Positions 27,026-41,255 of a stretch of 64,000 nt of DNA are shown in pieces. The stretch's first letter is position 1. Every line of letters begins with the position of its first letter. A model generated the notes under the pieces. It did not search any database and had not been told where the DNA came from. It saw only the letters and a program-made list of their open reading frames with translations. Source of the stretch: Octopus vulgaris. Taxonomy: Eukaryota. Where the stretch lies: positions 161,758,001-161,822,000 of the forward strand of contig OX597816.1 of the NCBI GenBank assembly GCA_951406725.2, read 5' to 3'. The position numbers and the translations under genes were made by a program.

Positions 27026-27545
27026 AGCAGCAACAGCATCGCCGCTGCCACCGTCGTTGCGGTGGTGGTCGCCGTCATCGTCATCATCATCACCAAAACA
27101 ACACCACTTCCACCACCACCACCACCACCACCACCACCACCACCACCGCCGCCGCCGCCGCCGCCACTACCACCACCATCATCAACAGGAACAACAACAA
27201 CAACAACACCAAGAACATATTCGACAGCGATGACAACAGTAATAAAGCAAGACCAGCTGTAACAACAACAACAACAACAACAACAACGACGACGACGACG
27301 AAGACGATAACAGCGATAACAGTGATAAAAACAATAGCAACACCAACAACGGCGATAACAGAAACAGCCGTAACGAAAAAAACAGTCAACAACAGCTGTG
27401 ACAACAACAACAAAAACAACAACAACAACAGCAGCAGCAGAGCTAACAACTGTAACAATAAAACCACCAACAACGAAACACATAACAACATAAATGCTAC
27501 CAAGAAACCACCGCAGTCGACAACAACAACAGCTACAACAACGCC
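26460..27545. repeat. Mosaic trinucleotide repeats (ACC/ACT/CAT/CAG/AAC) with a tandem duplication of about 57 bp at 26892-27005
   Basis: Directly visible. Confidence 0.9.
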
Positions 27546-27849
27546 TCGGTAGTTCAATGAGTCATTATCGACCACTTCTCCAGTTTTGTTATCTCGACGA
27601 TGTCTTTAAAACAGTGATCAAAACATACCAATGTTTGTCTTTTTACTAAATCTTCTGATCTCCCTGATGATGATGGCAGCAGCTGATAATGCTGCTGTTG
27701 GGAATCCGCTGTTGTTGACACTACAGTTAGTCTTCTCGCAGAATCGTGTTGCTGTTGTTGTTGTTGTTGTGGTGGTGGTCACAGTTATTTGTATATTGTT
27801 GCTGTTATTTTCGTTGTTGTATCGTGTTGTTTTCATAGTTATTTTTATC

Positions 27850-27893
<44 letters not shown>

Positions 27894-28046
27894 TTTTTTT
27901 TTCTTCTTTCAAATTTGCTTCCATTTCTTACCGAGTGTCTTCCCGACTCCTAGGGCAAAGAAACTCATAGTATACATTGGTAGGCCATTAAACTAAACTC
28001 AATAGTTCGTTCATTTTTTTTTAAGTTAAATTAAAATACATGGGTA

Positions 28047-28078
<32 letters not shown>

Positions 28079-28101
28079 TATTATTATTATTATTATTATT
28101 A

Positions 28102-28479
28102 TTAGCAGTATCGCCCGGCGTTGCTCGGGTTTGTTTCAACCCTTTAGAATTGGAATTTTTGAAAAGTAAAAATTTTGCATTATGTTGCTTGTTATTCTCT
28201 TTAAGTGAACATTTTTTCTGGTAGAAATACACCGAAAAATGAAGACACAGCGGTCAAAAAATCGTAAAAAATAGGGATTTTCATAGATGTAAATAATTTT
28301 TGGTGTTGACATGGTCCGATTTAAGTTTTTTTCTTCTACAGAAGGAAGAGCAAGCCTTCTTCTATCATACTCCCGATTTTGGTCAACTTGCGCCGCAGGG
28401 TCTCGGAGGAGATAGTGTTAGTTGAAGGATACCAAACCTGCCATACACAGACAACTTCAGCTTTATATATATAGAGAGA
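28102..28479 (-). mobile_element. Non-autonomous Helitron (about 380 bp)
   Basis: Minus strand: a|TCtctctatatatataaagctgaagttgtctgt ... cccgagcaacgccgggcgatactgCTAA|t (3' hairpin plus CTRR). Confidence 0.8.
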
Positions 28480-28518
28480 TTATTGTTGTTGTTGTTGTTG
28501 TTGTTATTATTATTATAA

Positions 28519-28709
28519 AGGCAACGAGCAGGCAGAACCGTTAGTACACTGGACGAAACGCTTAGCATTATTTCGCCAGTCGCTATGTTCTGAGTTCAAA
28601 TTCCGCAGAGGTCGACTTTACCATTCGTCCTTTCGGGGTCGATAAATTAAGTACCAGTCAAGTGCTGGGGTCGATATAATCAATTCCATGTCTTGTGCCT
28701 ATAATAGAA

Positions 28710-28710
<1 letters not shown>
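28519..28710 (+). mobile_element. SINE family B, diverged monomer
   Basis: gagttcaaattccgcagaggtcgacttt...ggggtcgataaattaagtaccag, followed by (TTA)n. Confidence 0.8.
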
Positions 28711-28780
<70 letters not shown>

Positions 28781-28781
<1 letters not shown>

Positions 28782-29478
28782 GACGTCGCAGAGTGTACAA
28801 TATCGTGAGGTTGTCGATTGAGGATATTGTGTCTATCGAGGGTTTGTACTGTTTGTCAAGTCACAACAAGGACCTCAGACAGTCAATATGCGTGCAGTTC
28901 CAAGTAATGTTGACTTTTGCAATACATCTAGATTGTAGGGTATCTCTAAGGTTTTCAGATGTTTTTTCAGATTGGTTGGTATTGAACCCAATGCTCTGAT
29001 GACAATAGGGATAGCCTTTATGCTCGGTTCTCGTAGCTGCCACATCTTAGCGATCTCAATTCTCAGGTCTCCATATCTACCAACATTTTCTCTTTCTTTC
29101 AGGATATGTTGATCTGGCACTGCTACGTCGATTATTAGGCACACTTGTTTGTCCTTCCTAAAGGTTACTATATCCGGCCTTCGATGCTCTAACACTTTGT
29201 CTGTCTGGAAATCAAAGTCCCAGAAAATTTCTGCCTTCCCCTTTTCGTCCATTACTACTTCCAGTGTATGTTGGTACCAAGCATCCGTAACCTCCTATCC
29301 ATACTTATGGCATTGTAGCCAGTGGAGAGTTTTGGGCTACCTTGTCGTGTCTACGCTTGTGCTCTTTCTGTGCAAGACTCTCACAAGCACCAACAATGTG
29401 AGTCACACTTTCGACCCTCTTCCGACACATTCTGCAGGGGTCCGATGCATTTGTCTGGTATATATTCTTTTTCACTAT
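28781..29478 (-). mobile_element. R4/Dong-clade non-LTR retrotransposon 3' end (zinc knuckle plus restriction-like endonuclease)
   Basis: CRMCRKRVESVTHIVGAC (CCHC), RRHDKV, WDFDFQTDKVLEHRRPDIV...IIDVAVP...IPIVIRALG (PD-D/ExK fold). The sense 3' end runs into (TAA)n. Confidence 0.85.
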
Positions 29479-29499
29479 CATCATCATCATCGTTAATAT

Positions 29500-29907
29500 T
29501 ATTTCTTTATTACCCACAGGGGGCTAAACACAGAGGGGACAAACAAGGACAGACAAGGGGATTAAGTCGATTATATCGACCCCAGTAACTGGTACTTATT
29601 TAATCGACCCCGAAAGGATGAAAGGCAAAGTCGACCTCGTTGAAATTTGAACTCAGAACGTAACGGCAGACGAAATACCTATTTCTTTATTACCCACAAG
29701 GGGCTAAACACAGAGGGGACAAACAAGGACAGACATAGGTATTAAGTCGATTACATCGACCCCAGTGCGTAACTGGTACTTAATTTATCGACCCCGAAAG
29801 GATGAAAGGCAAAGTCGACCTCGGCGGAATTTGAACTCAGAACGTAACGGCAGACGAAATACCGCCAGGCATTTCGCCCGGCGTGCTAACGTTTCTGCCA
29901 GCTCGCC
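29500..29907 (-). mobile_element. SINE family B dimer
   Basis: Plus-strand junction gacgaaatacc|tatttcttta at about 29680. Confidence 0.9.
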
Positions 29908-30482
29908 AGACGTTCTGAGTTCAAATTCTGCCGAGCATGAGACTTTGCTTTTCGTCCTCTCGGAGGTCGATGACATCAAATAACCTCTTGTTTCTGTTGC
30001 TCTAATTGTTGTCGCTGTTGTGTTGTCATCACTGTAGTTATAGCCGTAAGTAACGATGTTACTCTTTTTGTCTGTTAGTAGTAATACTGTTATAGTGTTA
30101 TGGCGTTGTCCTGTTACTATTTCTGTTACCTCGTTGTGTTATTTCAGCTATTGTCCGGCTATTCTTGATAATGAATTTTTGTTACATTGTGGTTGTTTCC
30201 GTTGTGCAACTATTACCTTGCTTGTATTGCGTTGCGGCGACGCTATTACAGTTGCTGTTTATACTGTTGCAGTATTGATATTGCTGCTGTTATTCTGGGA
30301 TCCCTGTTAATGTATTTTTGTTACCGTTTTTATTGTGGTTTGTTTCCGTTGTGCAACTGTTACCTTGCTTGTATGGAGTTGCAGTAACGCTGTTTCTGTT
30401 GTCTATACTATTGCAGTATTATTATTGTTATGATATTGCTTTAGATATATTATTATTGTTGTCACGTTATCATTCCTTTAAA

Positions 30483-30862
30483 GGCGGCGGGCTGGCAGAA
30501 ATGTTAGCACACCGGGTGAAATGCTTAGCGGTATTTCGTTTGCCGCTACATTCTGAGTTCAAATTCCGCCGAGGTCGACTTTGCCTTTCATCCTTTCGGG
30601 GTCGATAAATTAAGTACCAGTTAAGCACTGGGGTCGATATAATCGACTTAATACCTATGTCTGTCCATGTTTGTCTCCTCTATGTTTAGCCCCTTGTGGG
30701 TAATAAAGAAATAGGTATTTCGTCTGCCGTTACATTCTGAGTTCAAATTCCGCCGAGGTCGACTTTGCCTTTCATCCTTTCGTGGTCAATAAATTAAGTG
30801 CCAGTTATGCACTGGGGTCGATATAATCCGTTTGTCTGTCTTTGTTTGTCCTCTCTGTATTT
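30483..30862 (+). mobile_element. SINE family B dimer
   Basis: Junction taaagaaata|ggtatttcgtc at about 30713. Confidence 0.9.
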
Positions 30863-30864
30863 AG

Positions 30865-30969
30865 GTGTTATCGCTCAATAAACACACACAACGCCCGGTC
30901 TGGGAATCGAAACCGCGATCCTCCGACCGCGAGTCCGCTGCCCTAACCACTGGACCATTGCGCCTCCAC
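30865..30969 (-). mobile_element. SINE family C head (tRNA-Arg-like)
   Basis: tggtccagtggttagggcagcggactcgcggtcgg...gtttcgattccc, continuing into SINE body. No acceptor stem. Confidence 0.8.
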
Positions 30970-31386
30970 TGTTGTTGCTGCTGCTGCCATTGCTGCTGCT
31001 GCCATTGCTGCTGCTGCCATTGCTGCTGCTGCTGTTATCATAACAATTATTATTATTGTTGTCGTTGTGTTAAGTTCGATAACAATCAAAGAGAAGCAAG
31101 ATTTCAACCATTGATAGATCCATTTATCAGCAGTTAGTCACGTGTCAATAATCCAAACTAATACAACACTACAACACTTAAAGCTGTTCACCTTGTTGTT
31201 GTTGTTGTTGTTATTGATGTTGTTGTTGTCGTCGTCCTTGTGGCTATTGTTCTTCTTGTTGTTATTTCGTTATCTTTGCATCAGCTGTTTAATGTTGTTC
31301 GGCGATGTATTTGCAGCAGTACATCGTCCTCTTGTTACTGTCTGTTACTATTCTTTAGTTTGAGGCTATTATTATTATTATTATTA

Positions 31387-31487
<101 letters not shown>

Positions 31488-31498
31488 CATTATTATTA

Positions 31499-31551
<53 letters not shown>

Positions 31552-31832
31552 GTTGTTGTTGTTGTTGTTGTAGTTGTAGCTGTTGTTTTCGTTATTATTA
31601 TTATCCTCACCATCATCCTCCATCTCTTCATTACTTCTTCTCCCCGACCCTCCCTCTTCATTCAACTTCCCTCCTCCTCCTCCTTCTCCTCCTCCTCCTC
31701 TGCCTCTTCCTCCTCCTCTGCCTCTTCCTCCTCTGCCTCTTCCTCCTGCTCTGCCTATTCATCCTCCTCCTCCACTTTCTCCTCCCCCTTTCCTCCTCTT
31801 CCCCTTTTCCTTCTCTTCCCCCTTCTCCCCAG

Positions 31833-31896
<64 letters not shown>

Positions 31897-32336
31897 TATT
31901 TACATCAAGTCTTAGTGATGGTCTATTGTGGCTGTTACTATCACCGTCGTCATCGTCAGTTTTGCTTTTTGTTGTTTACAATTATTACTCTTATGTTGCT
32001 GTTACTATTATTATTATTGTTGTTGTTGTTGTTGTTGTTATTATTATTATTAGTAGTAGCGTTATTGTTTTGGTATTTCTAGTGTTATTGTAGGGTTATT
32101 AGTATCACCATCGTTGTTTTTGTTGCAGGTGTCTTTATTATCTTTGCATTACTTGTTAACAATGTTTTGCATTCATGATGTGTGATATCGATCGTGAGGT
32201 AGTGGATGAGTTTTTCCAGAGTTAGCTGGAGCTAGAAGAGGACGCAGTTTCGATACTTGAGATGGGACCACATTGACCCTATTTATCTCCTATCGTTAAG
32301 TCTCTGCTTAAAACCTGCCAAAATATTCTTGAAATA

Positions 32337-32992
32337 GGCGCAGGTGTGGCTGTGTGGTTAAGAAGCTCGCTACGAAGCCACGCGCTTTCGGGTTCAGTCT
32401 CACTGTGTGGTACCTTGAGAAAGTGTCTATACCATAGCCCTAAGCCTACAAATGCCTTATGAGTACATTTGACAGAAAGAAACCGTAGTATATGTTTGTC
32501 CTCTCTGTGTTTAGGTGTTTTCGCTCAATAAACATTGGTAGCATATATATATATATGTATAGATAATGTGTCAATATCCAGTTAGAGGAGAAGCCGTGTT
32601 GGGAATCAGAGATAGAGGCTGTGTTTTGGAGGTGGAGCATCATACTTTTCTTAAGGATGGTTTCGAACATCTTGCTGATTATTGATGTAAGGGAAACCGG
32701 TCGGTAGTTAAGCGGGTCTTCGCGGCTCCCTTTCTTGAAAATTGGGCAGATTATCGCTGTTATATGTATGTATATATGTACGTGTGTGTGTATATGTTTG
32801 TGTGTCTGTGTTTGTCCCACCAACATCGCTTGACAACCGATGCTGGTGTGTTTACGTTCCCATAACTAAACGGTTCGGCAAAAGAGACCGATAGAATAAG
32901 TACTAGGCTTACAAAGAATAAGTCCTGGGGTCGATTTGCTCGACCAACAGCGGTGCTCCAGCATGGCCACAATCAAATGACTGAAACAATTA
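32337..32992 (+). mobile_element. SINE family A interrupted by a LINE fragment
   Basis: Head ggcgcaggtgtggctgtgtggttaag at 32337. 3' half from about 32790. Confidence 0.8.
32580..32758 (-). mobile_element. CR1-group RT internal fragment
   Basis: ICPIFKKGSREDPLNYRPVSLTSIISKMFE...ISDSQHGF (RT domains 1-2). Confidence 0.9.
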
Positions 32993-33412
32993 AAATTGTA
33001 AATGTAACTAAGATTTTAGAACATCTACATTGCTTGAAATAAGAGCTAAAAAGCTCCAGTGTTGTAGTTAAAGCACATAACTGTATACATATGTACTCAC
33101 ACACACATACACACACATACATACACACACACACATTATCTAGGTAACAAACTCCTAACGTGCATTTCAAAGCTCCTATACGGTTATCGGCTATCATATG
33201 CCATCACGCAGCAGGATTACTTCTTTTACTGGATACACATGTGAAAATCCATTCGTGTATGTAGAATTCATATAAAGATTTACGAAACAAGAAGAAGGAA
33301 TGAACAGGCTTTGATCACAAATCACAACAACTGTTTCTGTGCATTGGTAACAGCTGTTAGCTGTTGAGTTTTCTACATCATAATATTATATAAATGTTAG
33401 ATATATCATATA

Positions 33413-33801
33413 CTTCTCTAATCTAGGCACAAAGCTCGAAATTTTGGGGGAGGTGGGCCAGTCGATTAGATCGACCCCAGTACGCAACTGGTACTTAATT
33501 TATCGACTCCGAAAAGATAAAAAGCAAAGTCGACCTCGGCGGAATTTTAACTCAGAATGTAAAGAGACGAAATACCTATTTCTTTACTACCCACAAGGGG
33601 CTAAACACAGAGAGAACAAACAAGTACAGACAAACGGATTAAATCGATTACATCGACCCCAGTGCGTAACTGGTACTTATTTAATCGACCCCGAAAGGAT
33701 GAAAGGCAAAGTCGATCTCGGCGGAATTTGAACTCAGAACGTAACAGCAGACGAAATACGGCTACGCATTTCGCCCGGCGTGCTAACGTTTCTACCAGCT
33801 C
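33413..33801 (-). mobile_element. SINE family B dimer
   Basis: Plus-strand junction gacgaaatacc|tatttcttta at about 33577. Confidence 0.85.
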
Positions 33802-33924
33802 AAATCTGATTCAGCAGGAGCTGTGTACCTGTACATCACCTGTACAGGTAAGTGCCTAACTTTACAGCATCGCCTGGAAAAAGACATGTAATGATATTTC
33901 ATATTGCAGTAATTGTTTGGGCAC

Positions 33925-34815
33925 CGATCCAAGAAACGTTTGAATGAGTTCTTTTTTACTCTTACGTGTCTTGGCATGATGTTAACGAAAGGAGAGCCAA
34001 CTTGGGGGAAATAGTTCTGTCTTCGTGTTGTGATGTGTCGGGAGTATGATTTTTGTAGAGGACGGATGGCAGTGGGCTGGTGAAAAATTTTTCCCATGAG
34101 AGTTCCGGACCCCAGTAATGAACTCATTTGCATACAGCCAATCAGAGCTCACCTTGGCCTTGTTGTCAAGTTAACAAAACTAACAAGTAGACTCAAGACG
34201 AAAAACGGTGTTGTAAGTCAACCGATCGCTAAGTTATGCCTGATTTTAGAAGGAGACAAGTAATTAGATAGATTTGCATCTATACCTGTTGTCGGATTTT
34301 GTTAGGGCTTCATATGGTAAAGATGTGGATAAGAAAAATGTGGGTAGATGGTAATGTGCTAGCAACCCTCTCCCCTTGCAGCTTTACAAAGTAAGCAACA
34401 ACACAAATAACTACGCAGAGGCAGCCATGATTGAAACAAGAACAAGAACACCAAGAATTATTAAAAGAGAAAAGATACATGGTCATTCCTCACCCAAGTG
34501 ACCTTATCTTATCGCATTTCACTTCTTATGTGCTCATAGATAACTTTGATAGTTGAGCTCTGATTGGTTGTATGCAAATGAGTTCATAAATGGGGTCTGG
34601 AACTCTCATGGCAAAAAGCATTTCGCCACCGGGACCAAGCTTTGGGTGAAATTTAAAATTGATCCTTACATTATTTGGGCAATGTAGAATATTTTCTTCA
34701 TCAAACAAATGATGCAACGCACACGGCGGCGTTGAGAAGAACAAAGGAATGACTCTTGAGTTTCTCGAGACTATACCAATAGTCAAGACCTGCCTTGTCG
34801 TCTGTTTTTCCTTGT
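33925..34815 (-). mobile_element. CR1-group LINE C-terminal fragment split by an insertion
   Basis: HCPNNVRINFKFHPKLGP | TAIRPLQKSYSRHITTRRQNYF matches HCPNDVGITFKVHPRLGPRAIRPKQKSHSHLITTIRHNYF of the 49414 ORF. Confidence 0.8.
34077..34630. mobile_element. Insertion bounded by inverted repeats of about 75 bp (MITE-like or inverted PLE terminus)
   Basis: ccatgagagttccggaccccagtaatgaactcatttgcatacagccaatcagagctc versus its diverged reverse complement at 34555-34611. ggg present on both sides. Confidence 0.7.
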
Positions 34816-35031
34816 GATTACTATACTGTATATGTGTGTGTGTATGCATTTATGCATTTATTCATGAATATATGTCTATGTAGATGTAACAAAGAGATAG
34901 TATGTGCGTGGCCGTATCATTAGGATTTCATGGTGAAAACACAGGTAATGTCGAAACATTAAATAAACAAACGATGTATACATACTTACAAACATACATA
35001 CATGCATACACATGTTTATATACACATACAG

Positions 35032-35102
<71 letters not shown>

Positions 35103-35324
35103 GACATGCATACATGTATGTACATATATATATGTATGTACGTATGTGTATATATATATATACGAATCTGCCTGTGTGTGTATAAGTATATATACATACA
35201 TACATATGTATGTGTGTATGTATGTATGTTATATATATATTTAACGTATATCAACAAAATATGAGTGATATATTATCTACATGCATTCATATACATATAG
35301 ATATGCATACATACATATATATAT

Positions 35325-35421
<97 letters not shown>

Positions 35422-36006
35422 AACACACACAAATACACACAGAGGCTCATTAGACACAGACGTAAACAAACACAACACAGAAGCACACACGCCATCCTTT
35501 GAAAAACATGAAAAAACTCTCTTCGGCTACTACAACGCAATGAAGTCTGTGTTTGCACATGGTGTAAGACGAAGTGTGTTGCTTGTTTATCAAAACCCGG
35601 TAAACACACATCCTACGGAGAGCGAACTCTTAGAGACTTTTGCTTTCAATGTCAGAATATAGAAATTGGCTTTGAGCAAAGACTCAGCTTACACAATTTA
35701 TAATTACTTCGTTAAAAAAAAAATTGTAATCATTAAATAAAGTGAATGGAGACCATATTATTTTTGTACATCTGTGTTCAGAGAAAACTGGAGAAAATGA
35801 AAGAAAATATAGAAAATGAATAAAAAGAGAAAAAGTTTCGTTCGTTTATTTTTAAATATATTTCAGCGTATCATATGACGAATAAAATAACTTGAAAGAA
35901 ACACATACACGCTTCTGTTTGTTTGTATGTGTGTATGTATGAATGTATATAATGTATGTATGTATGTATGTATGTATGTATGTATGTATGTATGTATGTA
36001 TGTATG

Positions 36007-36058
<52 letters not shown>

Positions 36059-36158
36059 TATATACATTTATATAAATCTATACATACATATGTATACATA
36101 TGTGCGTATGTATATTTGTATTATGTATGTATGTCCGTATTTATGTATATAAGTATGT

Positions 36159-36192
<34 letters not shown>

Positions 36193-36458
36193 GCATATGT
36201 ATGTTTGCACGTATGTATGTATTTATATATTTATATGTATATACCCATGCATGTAGATGTGTATGTGTTTGAAATACGCACACATATATATACATACACT
36301 CAGAGAAAAACACATATATATGTATTGTTACTGGTATGTATGTATATGTGTGTTTCAGCGTGTAGGTATGTGTATGTATAAATGAATATATGCTGTGTTT
36401 GTTTATGTGTTCATGAGTATAGGTGCCCCTTTGCGCACCTCTAAAAATCTATTTGTTC

Positions 36459-36541
<83 letters not shown>

Positions 36542-36715
36542 ATATCCTATTCTATTCTGTTTTACCTATCAAACTAATTATATAGCTGCACAAACATAAA
36601 TATGAGCTGAGAAGCACGTACGCAGATTCAACATATACCTGTGCCCGTTTGAGTATGTATCTCTATATATGTATGCATGTATATATATATATATATATAT
36701 ATGTGCATGTGTGCA

Positions 36716-36755
<40 letters not shown>

Positions 36756-36806
36756 ATGTATGTATGTTTGGGTATATGTACACATATATATATATGAATG
36801 TATCTT

Positions 36807-36851
<45 letters not shown>

Positions 36852-36858
36852 ATATATA

Positions 36859-36894
<36 letters not shown>

Positions 36895-37763
36895 ATATTT
36901 ATATATATATATATACTTGTATATACTTGTATACAAGCACACACAACACATAATAATACCAAGGCGCATAATTTAAGTTCAATACCTGCACGCACGCTCT
37001 CACACACATGTTTGTATGTGTATGTATATATATATGTATGCATGTATGTACGTCTATTTATCTATCTATCTGTTTATCTGCCTGTCTGTCTGTGTGTCTT
37101 TCTGTCTGTCTGTCTATCTGTCTTTCTCTCAATAGATACATATGTACACATATGCATGCATACTTATATATCTGTATCTATCTCAGTAACTATTTCTGCA
37201 TATATGCTCAGACCCACGCAATATATACATATACAGGCACAGTGCATACTCACACACACACACATGTATGCATATATATATACATATACACATACATGCA
37301 TGTATATATATATATACATACATACATACACACGCTCACACACGTTCACTCACACATACACACACACTCGCATACATGTAATATGTGTAAGTAATTGAAA
37401 ATTGAAAACAGCTATGAAAGAGTGATGGCGTGTGACAATGTGCTTTTAAAAAATTCTTTTAAACTGTTTATTCATGTTTATACAATTTCGTTTCACATTT
37501 TATATTACAATTTACTTGAATACTTACAATATTTTCTTCCGTCAATCTCCTTTACTTACCTGCATCTGTCTTCTTTACAAATTTCCAGAAGTTTTAAGAA
37601 AATTTTCTTCAATATTTTCTTTAATATTTTTGTGTGGTAGATAGATGGATAGATGGATGGATAGCTGAATGGGTGGATGGACGGGTGGGTAAGCGAGTGG
37701 AAATATTTTTATTCAATATATCAATTTATTTTTTTTTTTTACTTTCGGTTATCATCGTTGCCG

Positions 37764-37794
<31 letters not shown>

Positions 37795-38158
37795 AATGAC
37801 GACGGCGACGAAGGCGACGATGACAACGATCATGATGATGGAGATGATGATGATGATAATGATGAGGATGGTGGTGATTATCATGATAATGATCATCCTC
37901 GTCGTTGTTGTTGTCGTCATCATGACCGCCACCATCATCACCATCACCACCACCACCACCATCATCACTACCATCACCACCATCATCATCACCACCACCA
38001 TCATCATCATCATCATCATCATCATTATCATCATCATCATCATCATCGTCATCGTCGTCGTCGTCGTCATCGTCGTCGTCGTCGTCACATGCTCTTTGTG
38101 ACTCACCGCTTTTCAGTTCGTGCGTGTCTCTGTAAATTTATAAACATACATTCATACA

Positions 38159-38190
<32 letters not shown>

Positions 38191-38337
38191 ATTACACATA
38201 AAAATCCTCATATATTATCTTATATAAACATACTTATATACAGATACATATATCTATATATATCTATATCTATCTATATATATATATATATATACATGTA
38301 TATCTATATTTCTCTCTCTCTCTTTCTCTCTCTCTCC

Positions 38338-38386
<49 letters not shown>

Positions 38387-38530
38387 CATATATAACTTCC
38401 ATTCTTCTCTATAAATATTTATTTAAGTTTCCTCTTTTGTTACAAATACTGATAGATCCGGTGAAAAACAGGGGGAAAAGACACACAAGCACGCATACAA
38501 GCATACAAACACACACATACACAGTCGCAT

Positions 38531-38588
<58 letters not shown>

Positions 38589-38718
38589 TCACTTATCTAT
38601 CCTATACATGTACATTTAAAAAAATGTACATGTATACAACTTAAATATGCGTGCCTATGTGCATATATATGATATACGCAACCTATGCAAGGACACAATA
38701 TGTGCATTTATGAAAATA

Positions 38719-38753
<35 letters not shown>

Positions 38754-39006
38754 ATCTATCTGTCTATCTATCTATCTATCTGCCTACCTTCGTATAAATA
38801 TTTACGTATATTTACACAAACATGCACAAACACATACACACATACATACATACATACATACATACATACATACACACATACATACATACATACATACATA
38901 CATACACACATACATACATACATACATATATACATACATACATACATACATACATACATACATACATACATACACACATACATACATACACACATACATA
39001 CATGCA

Positions 39007-39040
<34 letters not shown>

Positions 39041-39102
39041 CACATATGTGTATGTATATATATATATATGTATATATATACATATATATGTATATATACA
39101 TA

Positions 39103-39155
<53 letters not shown>

Positions 39156-39192
39156 GTATATATATACATATATATGTATATATACATATATG

Positions 39193-39239
<47 letters not shown>

Positions 39240-39312
39240 GCAGCACATATGCATAATTATTTGCATATGTGTTTGTGAGCAAATCAGATAGATATATCCA
39301 TAAGTACATACA

Positions 39313-39352
<40 letters not shown>

Positions 39353-39770
39353 GTATATATACAGAGTAAGAGAGAGAGGTGGTGCTTGTGTTTGTGTACG
39401 AATGTTATTGCATGTAAAGGAAATTAAGCACAAAGCCAAAACCAAACAGCAACGTATTTTAAAAATATATTATGTAAATATGGCACACAATATCATTATA
39501 ATCACACACACACACACACACGTACACACACGCACGTACACGCACACATACGCATACTTGCACACAAACACGCAAATACGCAAAAATGCACGCGCATGCG
39601 CACACAGTCATGCAAATATTTATATATACCACCAACGTATACATACATATATACGCATATATGCATCTGTATATCTATGTATCTATGTATATATCTATCT
39701 ATTTATTTATCTATCTATCTATTATCTATATATGAGTATACGTACGTATTTATCTATATATCATCTCTTC

Positions 39771-39811
<41 letters not shown>

Positions 39812-40010
39812 TGTATACTCATACACACAGTTTACCTTGCATATATTTATATTCCTATAAATATTTTCATAAGATAAATATACACACATGCCCATATGTA
39901 CATTAATATTAAATACATTTATGAAATCTTATGTGCATATATATGCACATATATAAAAATAAACGTGTGTGTACGTATATATATCCATACATATAAATTC
40001 GTACATATAT

Positions 40011-40090
<80 letters not shown>

Positions 40091-40841
40091 ATATATATTC
40101 CCTGTAATACCACACTGCCTCGCACGTGAATTGGTTTTTCTTCATTGATGGTTTATTGCAAATCTTGAAACGATTCCATATTTTTCAGTTTATTTTTCTT
40201 CGATGGCTTGTTAGATTTTTCTTGAAAAATTTAACCGTTAAATGTTTAAACGTCTTGCTTGTGATTTGCCGAATAGCATTCCTTTGATATAAAATCAGTT
40301 ATACTCGGCATCGTGTGATATTCGATATAGCTTTTCGCTTCACACTGCTATTTCAACGTTGGTTCTGAAAATGTAATTATTTATAAGATCAACAAGATGC
40401 TAGGAATTATTTTGGCGATAGCTCCCACGATGCTAAGTTAGGCATTTTCCGCTTTTTCAAACCCGGTCTTTTGGAGAGATTTCAATATATTCCTGGTTTT
40501 ATTAAAGCTTGTAATTTTAAAGAAACGGTAAGGCGTATGGTTAAACGTATTACAAAATTAACGCACACGCACACACACACACACACACACACATACACAC
40601 ACACATACACACACACACACACACACATACACACACATATGGATGCTCACACATTAACATATATATACTCACACACATATATATACATATATACACACAT
40701 ATGCACATACATACACTTATTTTATGGCTAAGGGACGTAAATACTAATAACCAGTTGTTAAACCTCAATATAGATATGTATGTATGGGTATATATATGTG
40801 AATGCGTGTATATTTGTATATGTAAATATATACATACATAG

Positions 40842-40875
<34 letters not shown>

Positions 40876-40929
40876 ATCTCCATATGTGTGTGTGTGTGTG
40901 TATTGATATGTGTGTTTATATCTGTCTTG

Positions 40930-41255
40930 TCTAGATCTAAATGAAGTTTGTCTTTCCCTTTTGCCTTTAAGCCTGACGACCAGCTATAAGGATATCTCCC
41001 CTGATTTATAACCCTGGCAGTTAATGATCTCCTGTCATTGCTCGTATTGTTGTTATGCATTTTATTCTTGTCGCACCTACAAAGGTTTGAAATGGGCGTG
41101 GTCTCGTACCTCCATGGAACGTTTTCTTTGACTTTTACTTTCTTGTGTGACATGCGAAATCGTTGATAATTGGCATAACGGTAAAGGTCTATATAATAGT
41201 ATTTGGAGCTTTCAACATCAGTCATTCTATTGCAGAACATTGATGAGGTGAAATT
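40930..41255 (-). mobile_element. Probable Merlin (IS1595/ISXO2-like) transposase remnant
   Basis: VESSKYYYIDLYRYANYQRFRMSHKK...TTPISNLCRCDKNKM resembles decayed V.PG..I.TD.W..Y..H..VNHS....TN.IE..W...K. Confidence 0.4.

Noticed and set aside
30895-30969. tRNA-Arg-like sequence (also 53960-54028)
   Set aside because: No acceptor stem, and it continues into a SINE body, so it is a SINE head and not a tRNA gene.
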